Source: a virus
Taxonomy: Duplodnaviria; Caudoviricetes
Length of the DNA: 64,000 bases
Direction: 5' to 3' (one strand)
Virus record (IMG/VR): IMGVR_UViG_3300033076_000897
Location: 32,888-96,887 of that record
The first letter of the stretch is position 1. The number at the start of each line of letters is the position of its first letter. Positions 39,497 to 48,793 of this stretch are shown here, piece by piece. Both the position numbers and the translations under genes were made by a program. The notes below the pieces were generated by a model that searched no databases, was not told the origin of the DNA, and saw only the letters and a list, made by a program, of their open reading frames with translations.

Positions 39497-41343
39497 TATC
39501 CGTTAGCAAAATCTTTCATAGTTTGTACAAAACCATTGTCCTTCCATCCTTCGTCTTCGACAATGATTTCTTGAAGTTGAGCACCTCCGGTTAGAGATCC
39601 GCCTCTTGCTCCAGCGGCTCCTCGACTACTCTTACCATCTCCCTTTTGTGGTATCTTTGTTCCGTAAGCGTCTACGATAGTTTCTTGGTTTGGATCTTTA
39701 GCACCAGTAGGTGTCAAATAAATTCTACCTCTACCTGAATTGAACATTGATTCAATATCACCTTTATCTCTGTATCTACCAGGAACAAGAGTGACAGTCA
39801 CTTTCAATTTACTTGGAAAATCTTCATAACCCAAAGGTCCTTCAAAGGCAAAATCAGCATTACTACAAGTTAAGTTACCTATTACTGCAATGGGATTCAA
39901 TGGGTTACCTATAGTAACGTGCCAGGCTCCAGTAGGATCACCCGTTAAAAAAGCTTTGGCAGCTTCAGTACCGTTCGGTTTACCAAATAAATTCATTAAG
40001 GATCCACCTAATAAGTTACCACCTATCTTTTTTAATGCATCTAGAGGATTTCCTCCAGAGAAAAGACTAGTAGCTGATTTTTGAAAGCCATCCACGATGC
40101 TACTAAAATAGCCTGCAATATTTCCGCTGGCTAATTTACTCATATCACCAAACGGAGGCTTAACACTGCCACTTGAAGTATATCTGGTAGCACCACCCCA
40201 AAACGGAGCGTTGTTATACGTCAATACAAGCATGTTTGCCATAATATCAAGCATTGCCATTTTAGGATCAACCTTTCCGATAGATCTTAAATCGTATTCA
40301 AATACTAGTTTTATCTCCTGTTCAAAGGTTAAACCTTCCTTTCTAACCCTAACGTTTTTAATCACGTTGTAAGGTCCTAAAGCATGATTAGGTTTGGTTT
40401 CTTTTAAAGGATCCCAACCCGCACCGTGAGCTTCAACATTGGCCGCTTGGTACGGTGAAACACCGTTCGCTGTGTTTTCGATGTTAGACAAGAACGGTGA
40501 GCTATTAATAAAGTTACCTACGCTACCTCGGTCGGGTGCATTTGGGGTAATGGTTTGAACTTCAGATTCCAAGTCTTCCCATTGATAACCTACCGTAAAT
40601 TTAAGTAAATCTTCTAATTTATTTCCAGCAGCTTCGCTCATCCATGTAATTGCTCGAGCAATATCTGGTTGAGCAAGTTTAACAGCTTCACCCTTTTCGT
40701 TCAGTGAAGTACCGTTGATGATGTCGTCTGGGCATGGAGTTGGAAATCTACGCAGAGTAACCATGTAATTGTTTGGAATCTTACCATAATAGTGACAATA
40801 TGCGAAATCTCCAGAAGTGTATTGGTAGCTAACCGATTTGTTTTCTCTACATTTTCTGATGATAGTACCAGCGGTTGGATTCAATTCATCGGAGTCCGCA
40901 GAGTATAAAGGCTTGCGATAAAGCTCTTTACCAACACCCCATAGAGGTGATGGTTCGTTTGCTGTTGTTGTAGGAGCAGCATCAAGCATTTTACCTTTGT
41001 AAGAAAAAAGAGACCACTTATTAACAATGGAATAAGGGGCTAGTTTGTCAACCTTCTTTTCTACATTGTCAATTTTATAGGTTCTTGGTTCCACCATTTG
41101 TTCATAAGCGTTACTAGTCCACTTGTGCATACCTGTGTAAGTATCTGGTGCTGAAACAGTAGGATTGATGGCAGCTTCTTCACCGCCCAATCCAGCTACT
41201 AATGCTTGTGGTTGAGCATCGGGGTTTAATGTATTTCTAACATCTGTTGAAACTTCAGAAACTTTGGCAAAATCACCGGATTCTGGGTTGAATACTTCAA
41301 CTTCATTACCGGTTATGCCTGTTACAAATTCTGATCCTGCCAT
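39496..41343 (-). CDS. Putative baseplate/tail-tube junction protein
   Basis: 615 aa, first gene of the baseplate operon, GATATATA upstream. Confidence 0.45.
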   Translation of the reverse strand: MAGSEFVTGITGNEVEVFNPESGDFAKVSEVSTDVRNTLNPDAQPQALVAGLGGEEAAINPTVSAPDTYTGMHKWTSNAYEQMVEPRTYKIDNVEKKVDKLAPYSIVNKWSLFSYKGKMLDAAPTTTANEPSPLWGVGKELYRKPLYSADSDELNPTAGTIIRKCRENKSVSYQYTSGDFAYCHYYGKIPNNYMVTLRRFPTPCPDDIINGTSLNEKGEAVKLAQPDIARAITWMSEAAGNKLEDLLKFTVGYQWEDLESEVQTITPNAPDRGSVGNFINSSPFLSNIENTANGVSPYQAANVEAHGAGWDPLKETKPNHALGPYNVIKNVRVRKEGLTFEQEIKLVFEYDLRSIGKVDPKMAMLDIMANMLVLTYNNAPFWGGATRYTSSGSVKPPFGDMSKLASGNIAGYFSSIVDGFQKSATSLFSGGNPLDALKKIGGNLLGGSLMNLFGKPNGTEAAKAFLTGDPTGAWHVTIGNPLNPIAVIGNLTCSNADFAFEGPLGYEDFPSKLKVTVTLVPGRYRDKGDIESMFNSGRGRIYLTPTGAKDPNQETIVDAYGTKIPQKGDGKSSRGAAGARGGSLTGGAQLQEIIVEDEGWKDNGFVQTMKDFANG

Positions 41344-41395
41344 ACAGTCTATCTATGATTTTTTATAGACTATATATCTCGGAGATATTATGTTA

Positions 41396-41986
41396 TCATA
41401 TCTTGTCGAGTTCGTCGCTCTTTGGTCTATAGAGTAACTTGTCCATGTACGTCGGATCTTCGGGTAATTTGTCTCCCAAGAATTTTTTTAGGGCTATCTC
41501 ATAAAGACCCCTAGATTTGAAGTGATACTGTCCTTTGTTGTAAGAGAGACGACTGGACAGTTCAAATATTTCCTTTAAGCGTTTCTCTATCATGAAGTCC
41601 TGAAGCTTTTTAAACAGCTCCATTAGCTCACCTTCGTATTTCGTACAGTAGATAGAGTCAACTACGACCAAGTATGACTTCCAGTTGTCTCCGTTGACAG
41701 CATTGGTCAAGTCTTCCCTAGTTTTGTAGAGTCCTCGCTTAAGGTTTATGCGTGTGTACTTTGTTGCGTTCAGTTCCTTCTTAAAAGAAGCTTGAAAGAA
41801 GTATCTCTTTAGGAATTCGATGTCGTCCAAAAACTCTACGATTCTGAGCTGATAGAGAGGACTAATGTCATCGTATTTGGTATCGTACACTATTGCCTTG
41901 ATCGGAAACATGAACTCTGGATTCTGTGCGTCCGACAAGAGAGCGTATACATATTCTCCTCGTGTAAATAATTGGTGTTTGATCAT
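41396..41986 (-). CDS. Hypothetical protein
   Basis: 196-aa ORF in a coupled operon. Confidence 0.6.
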   Translation of the reverse strand: MIKHQLFTRGEYVYALLSDAQNPEFMFPIKAIVYDTKYDDISPLYQLRIVEFLDDIEFLKRYFFQASFKKELNATKYTRINLKRGLYKTREDLTNAVNGDNWKSYLVVVDSIYCTKYEGELMELFKKLQDFMIEKRLKEIFELSSRLSYNKGQYHFKSRGLYEIALKKFLGDKLPEDPTYMDKLLYRPKSDELDKI

Positions 41987-42390
41987 TTGTTGACAAATTT
42001 AACAGTATCAAATTTGGCTAAAATGGTTTGATCAGGCAAAATAGATTGATTGACTACGATTAGATTGCTGACGTAATCAACGTTTTCGTAGGATGCCAGT
42101 TCGTTTATAAGAGAGAAGACACCTTCGATGGTGTCTTCTTCTAGATCTTTAATTAAGTAAGCCATTTCGGAACACGTCCCGTTTCTGGCATCCTCCATCA
42201 CTTTAGCCAATTTCTTTCTGATGTAAAGATTGACAACAGCCAAAGGAGGCTCAGCGTTCATGATGTCGGATTTGATTAAGTTAACTATGATGTCGTTGTA
42301 ATTTATAGTCACAGAACAGCCATTGGTCTTAGTATACCATGTGAAATCGCTTTTGGTTCCGCACCATAAATAGTTTATTTTTAACAACAT
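41983..42390 (-). CDS. Hypothetical protein
   Basis: 135-aa ORF overlapping its neighbours. Confidence 0.55.
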   Translation of the reverse strand: MLLKINYLWCGTKSDFTWYTKTNGCSVTINYNDIIVNLIKSDIMNAEPPLAVVNLYIRKKLAKVMEDARNGTCSEMAYLIKDLEEDTIEGVFSLINELASYENVDYVSNLIVVNQSILPDQTILAKFDTVKFVNK

Positions 42391-42710
42391 TACTTAGATA
42401 ACCCAGCTCTGAGTTTTTCCAATTCCTTTTCCAATTCAGAAATTCTAGCTTTTAGTTCTTCCTGCTTTGGTTTGTAATTGGTACCCCAAACTAATTTTAT
42501 TTCCAACTTCTTGGCATCCTCTTCTGATCCTGTTTCTAGACCTAAATCCAGAACAACATCTTGAAGAAGCTGGGTGGTCCTTTCAAGACCACCCGCATCC
42601 AAGTCGTATACAATTTTTGATTCGTACTTTTCTCCGGCTGCATTGATGTTATCGTCTTCGATAATCTTGACCACGCCATTGTCAACCGGCTCCAACGTTA
42701 GGTACATCAT
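42390..42710 (-). CDS. Hypothetical protein with C-terminal coiled coil
   Basis: 106-aa ORF. Confidence 0.55.
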   Translation of the reverse strand: MMYLTLEPVDNGVVKIIEDDNINAAGEKYESKIVYDLDAGGLERTTQLLQDVVLDLGLETGSEEDAKKLEIKLVWGTNYKPKQEELKARISELEKELEKLRAGLSK

Positions 42711-42714
42711 ATCT

Positions 42715-43086
42715 TTAAGCGTTTGTTCTAGCCAAAAACGCAGCTTGAGCTTCTCTAGTCAAGCGACGTGCTTCTTTTTTGTCTTCTCTACGAGAATCTG
42801 AATTCTTGATGGTAGTCAATCTCCATGCTTCTAACACCATTTCTAGTTCAGCATCGTTGTAACCCAACTCAGTGTAGAGTTCTCTTTGCTTTTGCTCTCT
42901 TGTCAATAAAGACTCGTATTGAGCTTTTTCGACAGCTTCGGTGTTAGCATTGTGAATTTGACGTCCCTCTTGTTGTCTAGTTGCATACCACTGTAGTGCA
43001 ATTGGACTGAAACGATTGTACATGTTTTTGATCTTCAAAAACCCTCTCTGTTTTAAGGCCCAGCGGCGCTCTCTTCTATTTGCCAT
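42715..43086 (-). CDS. Hypothetical basic protein (NRRERR N-terminus)
   Basis: 123-aa ORF. Confidence 0.6.
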   Translation of the reverse strand: MANRRERRWALKQRGFLKIKNMYNRFSPIALQWYATRQQEGRQIHNANTEAVEKAQYESLLTREQKQRELYTELGYNDAELEMVLEAWRLTTIKNSDSRREDKKEARRLTREAQAAFLARTNA

Positions 43087-43597
43087 AGTAGTTATTAATA
43101 AATGTGTGAGTGTTAGATTTAATCTGTTGAGTTATACTATCTATATCGATTTGTTCGATGATCATTTTAGAAATAGCCTCCTTCAAATCAGCTTCATCAA
43201 GTTCAGCGCTCATCACACTGTACATTGCTGGGGAAGGAATTTTTACATTCAAGTTGATAGGAAACTCAACCGAATTTTTTTTGCTAAGAGTCTTTAGCAT
43301 GTTAACGATTGGATCAGTTGGCTCTTTTACTGGAGCAGCTTTGGCAGCGAAGGTATCTTCGATGTTTTTGGCAATCGCAGCATTTTTATTTGGTTTAACA
43401 GAAACACCAGGTGTTGTGTTAGCCATGTATTCTGGAGCTAATTCTACGGAGATGCGAGTTCCGTTCGTAAAAGAAATCCATTGTTCATCGATCTCTTTAA
43501 TTTCAACTGAATGTCCGATTTTTTCACCTTTGATCCACATTAACCATGATCCAGGTTCTAAGTTTAGTGTATTTTCCATTTCTAATTGAGTAGACAT
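43076..43597 (-). CDS. Hypothetical protein
   Basis: Start reassigned to MSTQLE (43597), just downstream of an AAAC-N17-TATAA motif. Confidence 0.6.
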   Translation of the reverse strand: MSTQLEMENTLNLEPGSWLMWIKGEKIGHSVEIKEIDEQWISFTNGTRISVELAPEYMANTTPGVSVKPNKNAAIAKNIEDTFAAKAAPVKEPTDPIVNMLKTLSKKNSVEFPINLNVKIPSPAMYSVMSAELDEADLKEAISKMIIEQIDIDSITQQIKSNTHTFINNYYGK

Positions 43598-43625
43598 ACC
43601 TTTTCTTTTAAGGATTTTTAATATT

Positions 43626-43652
43626 TTATACAACAGTGATTGTAAAAGTTTA
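43626..43652 (-). promoter_or_regulatory. AAAC-N17-TATAA promoter-like motif
   Basis: TAAAC-TTTTACAATCACTGTTG-TATAA. Confidence 0.6.
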
Positions 43653-43835
43653 TTTTCTGGGAATAAAGCCTTCGTTTTCATTCAAAACCTGTTTAACAAA
43701 TTCAAAGGATTTTTGACTGCCAAAGATTGCATCAGGGTTGAAATAGTAAATTTTTAAGAACTGCTCACGCCCCATTTCCTTTAATCTCTCTTGTAAAACC
43801 GGCACTTCCGGTAAATGTCTCTTATTGAATCCCAT
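43650..43835 (-). CDS. Hypothetical protein
   Basis: 61-aa ORF (MGFNKRHL) coupled to the helicase gene. Confidence 0.55.
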   Translation of the reverse strand: MGFNKRHLPEVPVLQERLKEMGREQFLKIYYFNPDAIFGSQKSFEFVKQVLNENEGFIPRK

Positions 43836-45565
43836 TATTTTATGACTTTAATACGTTGTTTGATATCGGGTGGCAAGTAGTCCTTCTTATTTATTAAACT
43901 TTGGAAGCACGCATCCAGGACGTAAGTAACTGCCCAATCGTTTTCGTTTCTGACCGATCTACCAACTCCTTGCAAGAACGAAACCGCAGTTTTCCAATCG
44001 TACCATTCTGGTATGTGATTCATTTTGGCTTTGATCAATGGATCGCCAAGCGAAGGGTAAGGAACCTTAAAGAATATCTGGAAACGACTAGTCTCGTCTT
44101 TTAGGTCCAGTCCTTCTAAGATCGAAGGTCCTATCAGAATCTTGTCCTTTGACTTTTTAAATTCTTCAAGCGCTACTGCTTTTTGTTTACTGTCAGCGTA
44201 GTTGATCAACCTCATCGATTGACCACTCTGTTCAATGATCTTTTTACTGAACTCGTAAGAACCAGAATGAATGATGCCTCGTTGGCCCTTGTGTTTCTCT
44301 AAGATCTTGTCTAACATTTCTAGAACTGGTGGAAAGGATCTGTCCTTTTCCTTCATAGAAAGTCTGTACTTGTTAACAAAAACCACTGGGGATTTTTCGT
44401 AATTGAAAGCGTTACCAAGCCTAATGAATTTGGCGTTAGTGATGCCCATAATTTTCATGTAAGTTGAAGGATCACCGATAGTGGCACTCATAAAGACCTT
44501 GAAATCGGCCTTTGCGTGCAAGTATTTTTTGATCATGGCTTGCTCTTCGACGCACATGAAACTGGCTTCTTCCATTCTTTGGTTGACCACCATGGTCTTA
44601 AGACCCAATTCGTCTATCAGATCGATATAGTCCTCAAATTTACAGTGCATGTCCTTGATACGATCGTATGTGGAGAACATGTTTTGCCAATCGCGGGGAA
44701 CTATGCTGTTGCCAAAGCGAGCTTTAGCTTTTTTATTGACAGCGTCTCTGGTCTTCTTGTAAGATCTAAGAACCTTCTCAAAATCCTTCATCGATTCGAA
44801 AAGAAGCTCCCTGTCAGTTTCGTGCATCAAATCATGTACTAATACGTCTATTTGGTTCTTTGTGTATTTGGGCGCATTGATGCTGTTTCTTGACAGGAAC
44901 AAGTTTAGGTTGTGAATCTTTGAGACTATGCTAGGATCAACCCTTGGGCTAAAGTGATTTTGAACCACCTCGTCGACCTTGTGGGCCTCATCAAAAAAGA
45001 CAAAGTCTCTTTGTTCAAACGGAACTTGACGATCCTCTTGTGACATTTTAGCCTCAACGTAATTGCGTTGGATCAACCAAAAACTGTAATTTAAGAGAGC
45101 TATTGAGTGATTCATGGCTCTGTTTCGACGCTGTAAGTATTCACAGTTTGAATAGCAAGGAAGTTTGCTGGCTTGTTCGTAGCCCATACCCTTGATCTTG
45201 CAGTCACCGATGCTAAATGGCAATCCATTCACGTCACAGTTGTAGTTGTCAACTCCTTTCAAAGAAGGCCAACCCAATCCTAAACGATAAAAGTCTGATT
45301 CGTACTGATCTTGTAGGGACAAATCACTGGCAATGATGTAGCCAGTTTTACCAAGTTTTGAAAGGACCATGCTAGAAACCATGGCAATAATAGACTTACC
45401 CGTTCCAGTTGGAGCATCAATAACGATGGTACTTTCTGGATCTTCAAAGTAAGAAGAGCAAATTGCTTCTATTGTTTCTCGTTGTCCTTTTCTAAATTGG
45501 AATCCTTGACCCAGTAAATTGTGTTCTAATATTTGGTCTATTGTGTTTTTTATCTCAGTCAGCAT
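43835..45565 (-). CDS. DinG/Rad3 (XPD-like) SF2 helicase with probable Fe-S cluster
   Basis: FRKGQ, APTGTGKS, KGVDNYNC plus Cys cluster, DEAH, MSATI, EGLDL, KVPYP and QGVGRSVR. Confidence 0.9.
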   Translation of the reverse strand: MLTEIKNTIDQILEHNLLGQGFQFRKGQRETIEAICSSYFEDPESTIVIDAPTGTGKSIIAMVSSMVLSKLGKTGYIIASDLSLQDQYESDFYRLGLGWPSLKGVDNYNCDVNGLPFSIGDCKIKGMGYEQASKLPCYSNCEYLQRRNRAMNHSIALLNYSFWLIQRNYVEAKMSQEDRQVPFEQRDFVFFDEAHKVDEVVQNHFSPRVDPSIVSKIHNLNLFLSRNSINAPKYTKNQIDVLVHDLMHETDRELLFESMKDFEKVLRSYKKTRDAVNKKAKARFGNSIVPRDWQNMFSTYDRIKDMHCKFEDYIDLIDELGLKTMVVNQRMEEASFMCVEEQAMIKKYLHAKADFKVFMSATIGDPSTYMKIMGITNAKFIRLGNAFNYEKSPVVFVNKYRLSMKEKDRSFPPVLEMLDKILEKHKGQRGIIHSGSYEFSKKIIEQSGQSMRLINYADSKQKAVALEEFKKSKDKILIGPSILEGLDLKDETSRFQIFFKVPYPSLGDPLIKAKMNHIPEWYDWKTAVSFLQGVGRSVRNENDWAVTYVLDACFQSLINKKDYLPPDIKQRIKVIK

Positions 45566-46070
45566 TCCAGCAAATTACTTGTTCTGTGTGAATATTAGCT
45601 TTTTTAAGTAGTTCGACCCCGCTCATGTCTCGATAGTCTTCTGTAAAGTAAACGTTTTTGATCCCAGCCTGAATGATCAATTTGGCGCAGTCAAAACATG
45701 GACACGTAGTAGTGTAAAGATCCGCACCCTCGCAGCTCATGGTAGACTTTGCTACTTTCATGATAGCGTTTGATTCAGCATGTAGAACTTCTCGTTTTGT
45801 CACATATCGATGACAGCTACAAGATCCATCCGTTGATAGTGTCCAACCGTTGTCTTCTAAAAGTTCTGCACCAGCTGGGTTTTCCCAGTATCGAGTTTCC
45901 ATAACTTCGCATTGATTGTCAAATCCATGAGGCATCCCATTGTATCCAAATGAGATGATTTGTTTATCTTTTACAATAATACAACCAACCTTTCTACGCT
46001 CCGCGTAGCTCAATTTAGCAAATTGGTAAGCAACTTGCATATACGTTTTTTCAATAGGTATTCTTGGCAT
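45555..46070 (-). CDS. dCMP deaminase
   Basis: KVGCIIVKD, GYNG, HAESNAI and PCFDC zinc-binding motifs. Confidence 0.93.
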   Translation of the reverse strand: MPRIPIEKTYMQVAYQFAKLSYAERRKVGCIIVKDKQIISFGYNGMPHGFDNQCEVMETRYWENPAGAELLEDNGWTLSTDGSCSCHRYVTKREVLHAESNAIMKVAKSTMSCEGADLYTTTCPCFDCAKLIIQAGIKNVYFTEDYRDMSGVELLKKANIHTEQVICWNAD

Positions 46071-46096
46071 ATAAAAATAAAAATGGTCGCTGTAAC

Positions 46097-46123
46097 TTAT
46101 ACAACGACCATCTCAAAAGTTTA
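46097..46123 (-). promoter_or_regulatory. AAAC-N17-TATAA promoter-like motif upstream of dCMP deaminase/DinG
   Basis: TAAAC-TTTTGAGATGGTCGTTG-TATAAG. Confidence 0.65.
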
Positions 46124-46134
46124 TTCTTAATGAA

Positions 46135-46893
46135 TTACATGGTAGGACCTTCAGCCCCGTATGCTTCTTTCATTTCGTCAATTTTCTTAGCGAAAGCCTC
46201 TTTCATCGAGTTACAAGCAGCTTCGTACATTTCAACTGTGTAGTCTTCTTTAACACCCTTAAGTTCTTTAAGAGCTTCGGCCATCATACCAGCTTGCATT
46301 GAACAGTTTTCTTTAAGATATGCTTCGATAGTGTGTTCGTCGTGCATATCTTCTTCCCATGTCATAGCCTCTTTCTTTAAAGACTCGTACATTTTCTTAG
46401 AGATAGATTCAACTGTTTCTTCTTCAGTGTCAGCCACTGTAACTGGTTCTTCTTCAGATTCTTCCTCTTCTGGTTCCTCAGCAGGCTCTTCTTCAGATTC
46501 TTCCTCTTCTGGTTCCTCAGCAGGCTCTTCTTCGGTCTCTTCTTCAGATTCTTCATCTTCAGATTCTTCCTCTTCTGGTTCCTCAGCAGGCTCTTCTTCA
46601 GATTCTTCCTCTTCTGGTTCTTCAGCAGGTTCTTCTTCGGTTTCTTCTTCAGTTTCTTCTTCAGATTCTTCTGAATCTTCTTCAGACTCTTCATCTGAAC
46701 CTTCTTCGTCTTCTAATTCTTTTTCCAAATCAGCTAAAGCTGCATCGGTATCCTCGTCATCAGACTCTTCTTCAGAACCTTCTTCTTTTTCTTCGTCCTC
46801 ATCCTCCTCTTCTGCAATGTGAGCGGATGTCTTTTTAAGTTCTTCTTGCTCTAAAGCTTCAACGAACTCTTCGTAAGATTGAATTTTTGCCAT
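46135..46893 (-). CDS. Extremely acidic Glu-rich protein with tandem repeats; putative head core/scaffold or cargo protein
   Basis: MAKIQSYEEFVE start; EEEPAEEPEEEES repeats; GATATATA upstream. Confidence 0.6.
   Translation of the reverse strand: MAKIQSYEEFVEALEQEELKKTSAHIAEEEDEDEEKEEGSEEESDDEDTDAALADLEKELEDEEGSDEESEEDSEESEEETEEETEEEPAEEPEEEESEEEPAEEPEEEESEDEESEEETEEEPAEEPEEEESEEEPAEEPEEEESEEEPVTVADTEEETVESISKKMYESLKKEAMTWEEDMHDEHTIEAYLKENCSMQAGMMAEALKELKGVKEDYTVEMYEAACNSMKEAFAKKIDEMKEAYGAEGPTM
46441..46660 (-). repeat. Coding tandem repeat (~39-bp unit encoding EEEPAEEPEEEES, about four copies)
   Basis: Repeated cttcagattcttcctcttctggttc(c/t)tcagcagg on the + strand. Confidence 0.85.
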
Positions 46894-46939
46894 TTCTATG
46901 TGGTTTTATTTTAGCATTTTAGATTTTATATATCCTAGC

Positions 46940-47632
46940 CTATTTATGATACCTAACCATTGTGTCCCTGTAAGCATAGTCGTCGTTCTTGACGAAGCCA
47001 AATCTCTTATAGAAATCCTTTAATCTGCCAACTGATGTGGCTCCAAAAGATTTCGACGGGGTTAGTCTGATGTCCTTTTTGGTTTGATCAGCGTAGTCGA
47101 TGATCTTGTTCATTAATTCAGTACCGATACCTTCTCCTCTGAGTCTTTTTGGTACTTCAATTTTGCTGAGTTCCAGGTGTTTACCGTTATCGTATAGATC
47201 CAACTCAACTCCGTATTCGTCTTCTAGATCCCTAAGAACAAACCCTTCGGCCAATTTACCAGTTTTCTTTCTGATTTCTTCGGCTTTTTCGAGCGCCCAA
47301 TCAACACCTTCGTCTCCTCCCCAAATCAACCAAGCCACGTAACCTTTGTCTTTCCATGGAGTGTCTTTAAATTCTGGATCGATTTTACTGTTCTTGCGGT
47401 GTCTATTAAACGAAGCCATACGCATAACTGTGTCTGCTGAAATGGCTTCTTTGTTGGCTAATTGATGAGCTCTGGCCCAACCAACTGCAGTTCCAGCTTC
47501 AACTTCTTCTCTACCATACTTTTCTTTCCACTCAATGGCAAGTTTGGCATTTTCTGAAGCTTTAGCGGGATAGTCTGTGTAAGTATCTTCGGCTTCACTA
47601 ACAAACTCTTCAAATAGCTTGATGTATTTCAT
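46940..47632 (-). CDS. Two-domain protein: phage head-associated domain plus GNAT acetyltransferase
   Basis: MKYIKLFEEFVSE start; C-terminal RLRGEGIGTELM (acetyl-CoA motif) and LKDFYKRFGF. Confidence 0.75.
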   Translation of the reverse strand: MKYIKLFEEFVSEAEDTYTDYPAKASENAKLAIEWKEKYGREEVEAGTAVGWARAHQLANKEAISADTVMRMASFNRHRKNSKIDPEFKDTPWKDKGYVAWLIWGGDEGVDWALEKAEEIRKKTGKLAEGFVLRDLEDEYGVELDLYDNGKHLELSKIEVPKRLRGEGIGTELMNKIIDYADQTKKDIRLTPSKSFGATSVGRLKDFYKRFGFVKNDDYAYRDTMVRYHK

Positions 47633-47901
47633 TACAGATTTTTAAGTTTTTGATTGAGATCCTCTATTCTTTTGTTGAAATTAAGTCTCTGTCTCTCTAA
47701 TTCCACCATTTGTAATTGAATTCTGGTGATTTCAGCCTTGATGGCTTCTTTTTGTGTGTCTGCACCAGCAAGACCTCTAAGCTTATTGTTTAGATCAGTT
47801 TTCTTTTGAGAGATGGCGTTTATTTTTTCACCAAACTCTTTGATTTTTTCGGCATAGGTCTTTTCGACCAAGAACGATTCTAAAAGCTTAATCTTTTTCA
47901 T
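47632..47901 (-). CDS. Small coiled-coil protein with capsid-targeting-like N-terminus
   Basis: Likely start MKKIKLLESFLVE at 47901. Confidence 0.55.
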   Translation of the reverse strand: MKKIKLLESFLVEKTYAEKIKEFGEKINAISQKKTDLNNKLRGLAGADTQKEAIKAEITRIQLQMVELERQRLNFNKRIEDLNQKLKNL

Positions 47902-47903
47902 AT

Positions 47904-48179
47904 CTAAAAGTGAGGATGCCAATTATCGTAATCGTCTCCCTTTGTTATATTTATTTCCTTCTTATTTTGACTCTTTTTATTACGATTGCGTAGCCAAAAA
48001 TATAAGCCAAAAAAGCAGGCCGAACCAAGGTAAAACATGCCAGTTGTAACCCAATAGGAACCTGTCACTTTCATAACCGAATAAAATGCTATATCGAACC
48101 CTAGTGGGTTCAGGAACGTCGCTACTACTAGGCAGATCGACGCTAGATGATCCTTGATTGCTCCTTTGACCCTTTTCAT
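47904..48179 (-). CDS. Small membrane protein
   Basis: Hydrophobic segments LASICLVVATFLNPLGFD and YWVTTGMFYLGSACFFGLYFW; GATATATA upstream. Confidence 0.55.
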   Translation of the reverse strand: MKRVKGAIKDHLASICLVVATFLNPLGFDIAFYSVMKVTGSYWVTTGMFYLGSACFFGLYFWLRNRNKKSQNKKEINITKGDDYDNWHPHF

Positions 48180-48240
48180 TTTTTCTACTGTCGCTTTCCA
48201 TACTTTTTAAAACTTTTTCAAGCCCTTTCCACTATATATC

Positions 48241-48270
48241 AAAAAAATAGGGGACTAGTGTCCCCTATTT
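48241..48270 (-). terminator. Intrinsic terminator
   Basis: AAATAGGGGAC-ACTA-GTCCCCTATTT hairpin followed by a T-tract on the minus strand. Confidence 0.8.
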
Positions 48271-48289
48271 AAAACAGCGCAAATAAGTT

Positions 48290-48535
48290 TTAGTTTTGAT
48301 CTTGATTCTGATCTTGTGTTTGAGTTGGTACTGTCTCAATGTATTTGTTCAATACGTCAAGACAATCTTCTGCTTCAGCCAATAATTTGACTTGTGCATC
48401 CATCTCATCGATGACCTGCGGGTGTTCACCGATTCCAGCAGCATTGTTCAAATAAACTTCCAATGTTGCTAGTGCTGAATCGCGCTGAGCGATGTAGCGT
48501 GATTTTAAGGCTTTGATTTTTAAGTTTGTTGCCAT
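48290..48535 (-). CDS. Small phage protein with GIGEHP motif
   Basis: YLNNAAGIGEHPQVIDE motif, recalled from small proteins of T4-like phages. Confidence 0.6.
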   Translation of the reverse strand: MATNLKIKALKSRYIAQRDSALATLEVYLNNAAGIGEHPQVIDEMDAQVKLLAEAEDCLDVLNKYIETVPTQTQDQNQDQN

Positions 48536-48538
48536 TGA

Positions 48539-48775
48539 TTAAGAATTTAACTGTTCGGTGTTTTCTTCTTCGATTTCTTCCATGATCTCGTACAATGCTT
48601 CATTACGATTGTTCATTGAACCTACGATTGTGATCACTTGACTTAGACCCAAAATGACCCAAAACTCGAACAAAGAAAATGTACCTTCGTACAGACCCAA
48701 TCCTGCTGCTAAAAGCATCAACAGAGAAATCAAATGTGGCGTTAGCCGACCTAGGTGTTTAAAAAAGTTTTTCAT
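48539..48775 (-). CDS. Small membrane protein
   Basis: Two hydrophobic helices. Confidence 0.55.
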   Translation of the reverse strand: MKNFFKHLGRLTPHLISLLMLLAAGLGLYEGTFSLFEFWVILGLSQVITIVGSMNNRNEALYEIMEEIEEENTEQLNS

Positions 48776-48793
48776 GAATAACGGTTTTGTTTT

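Noticed and set aside
46331-46822. Ser-rich plus-strand ORF and Lys-rich minus-strand ORF (46377-46694)
   Set aside because: Both are antisense or alternate-frame shadows of the Glu-rich repeat gene.
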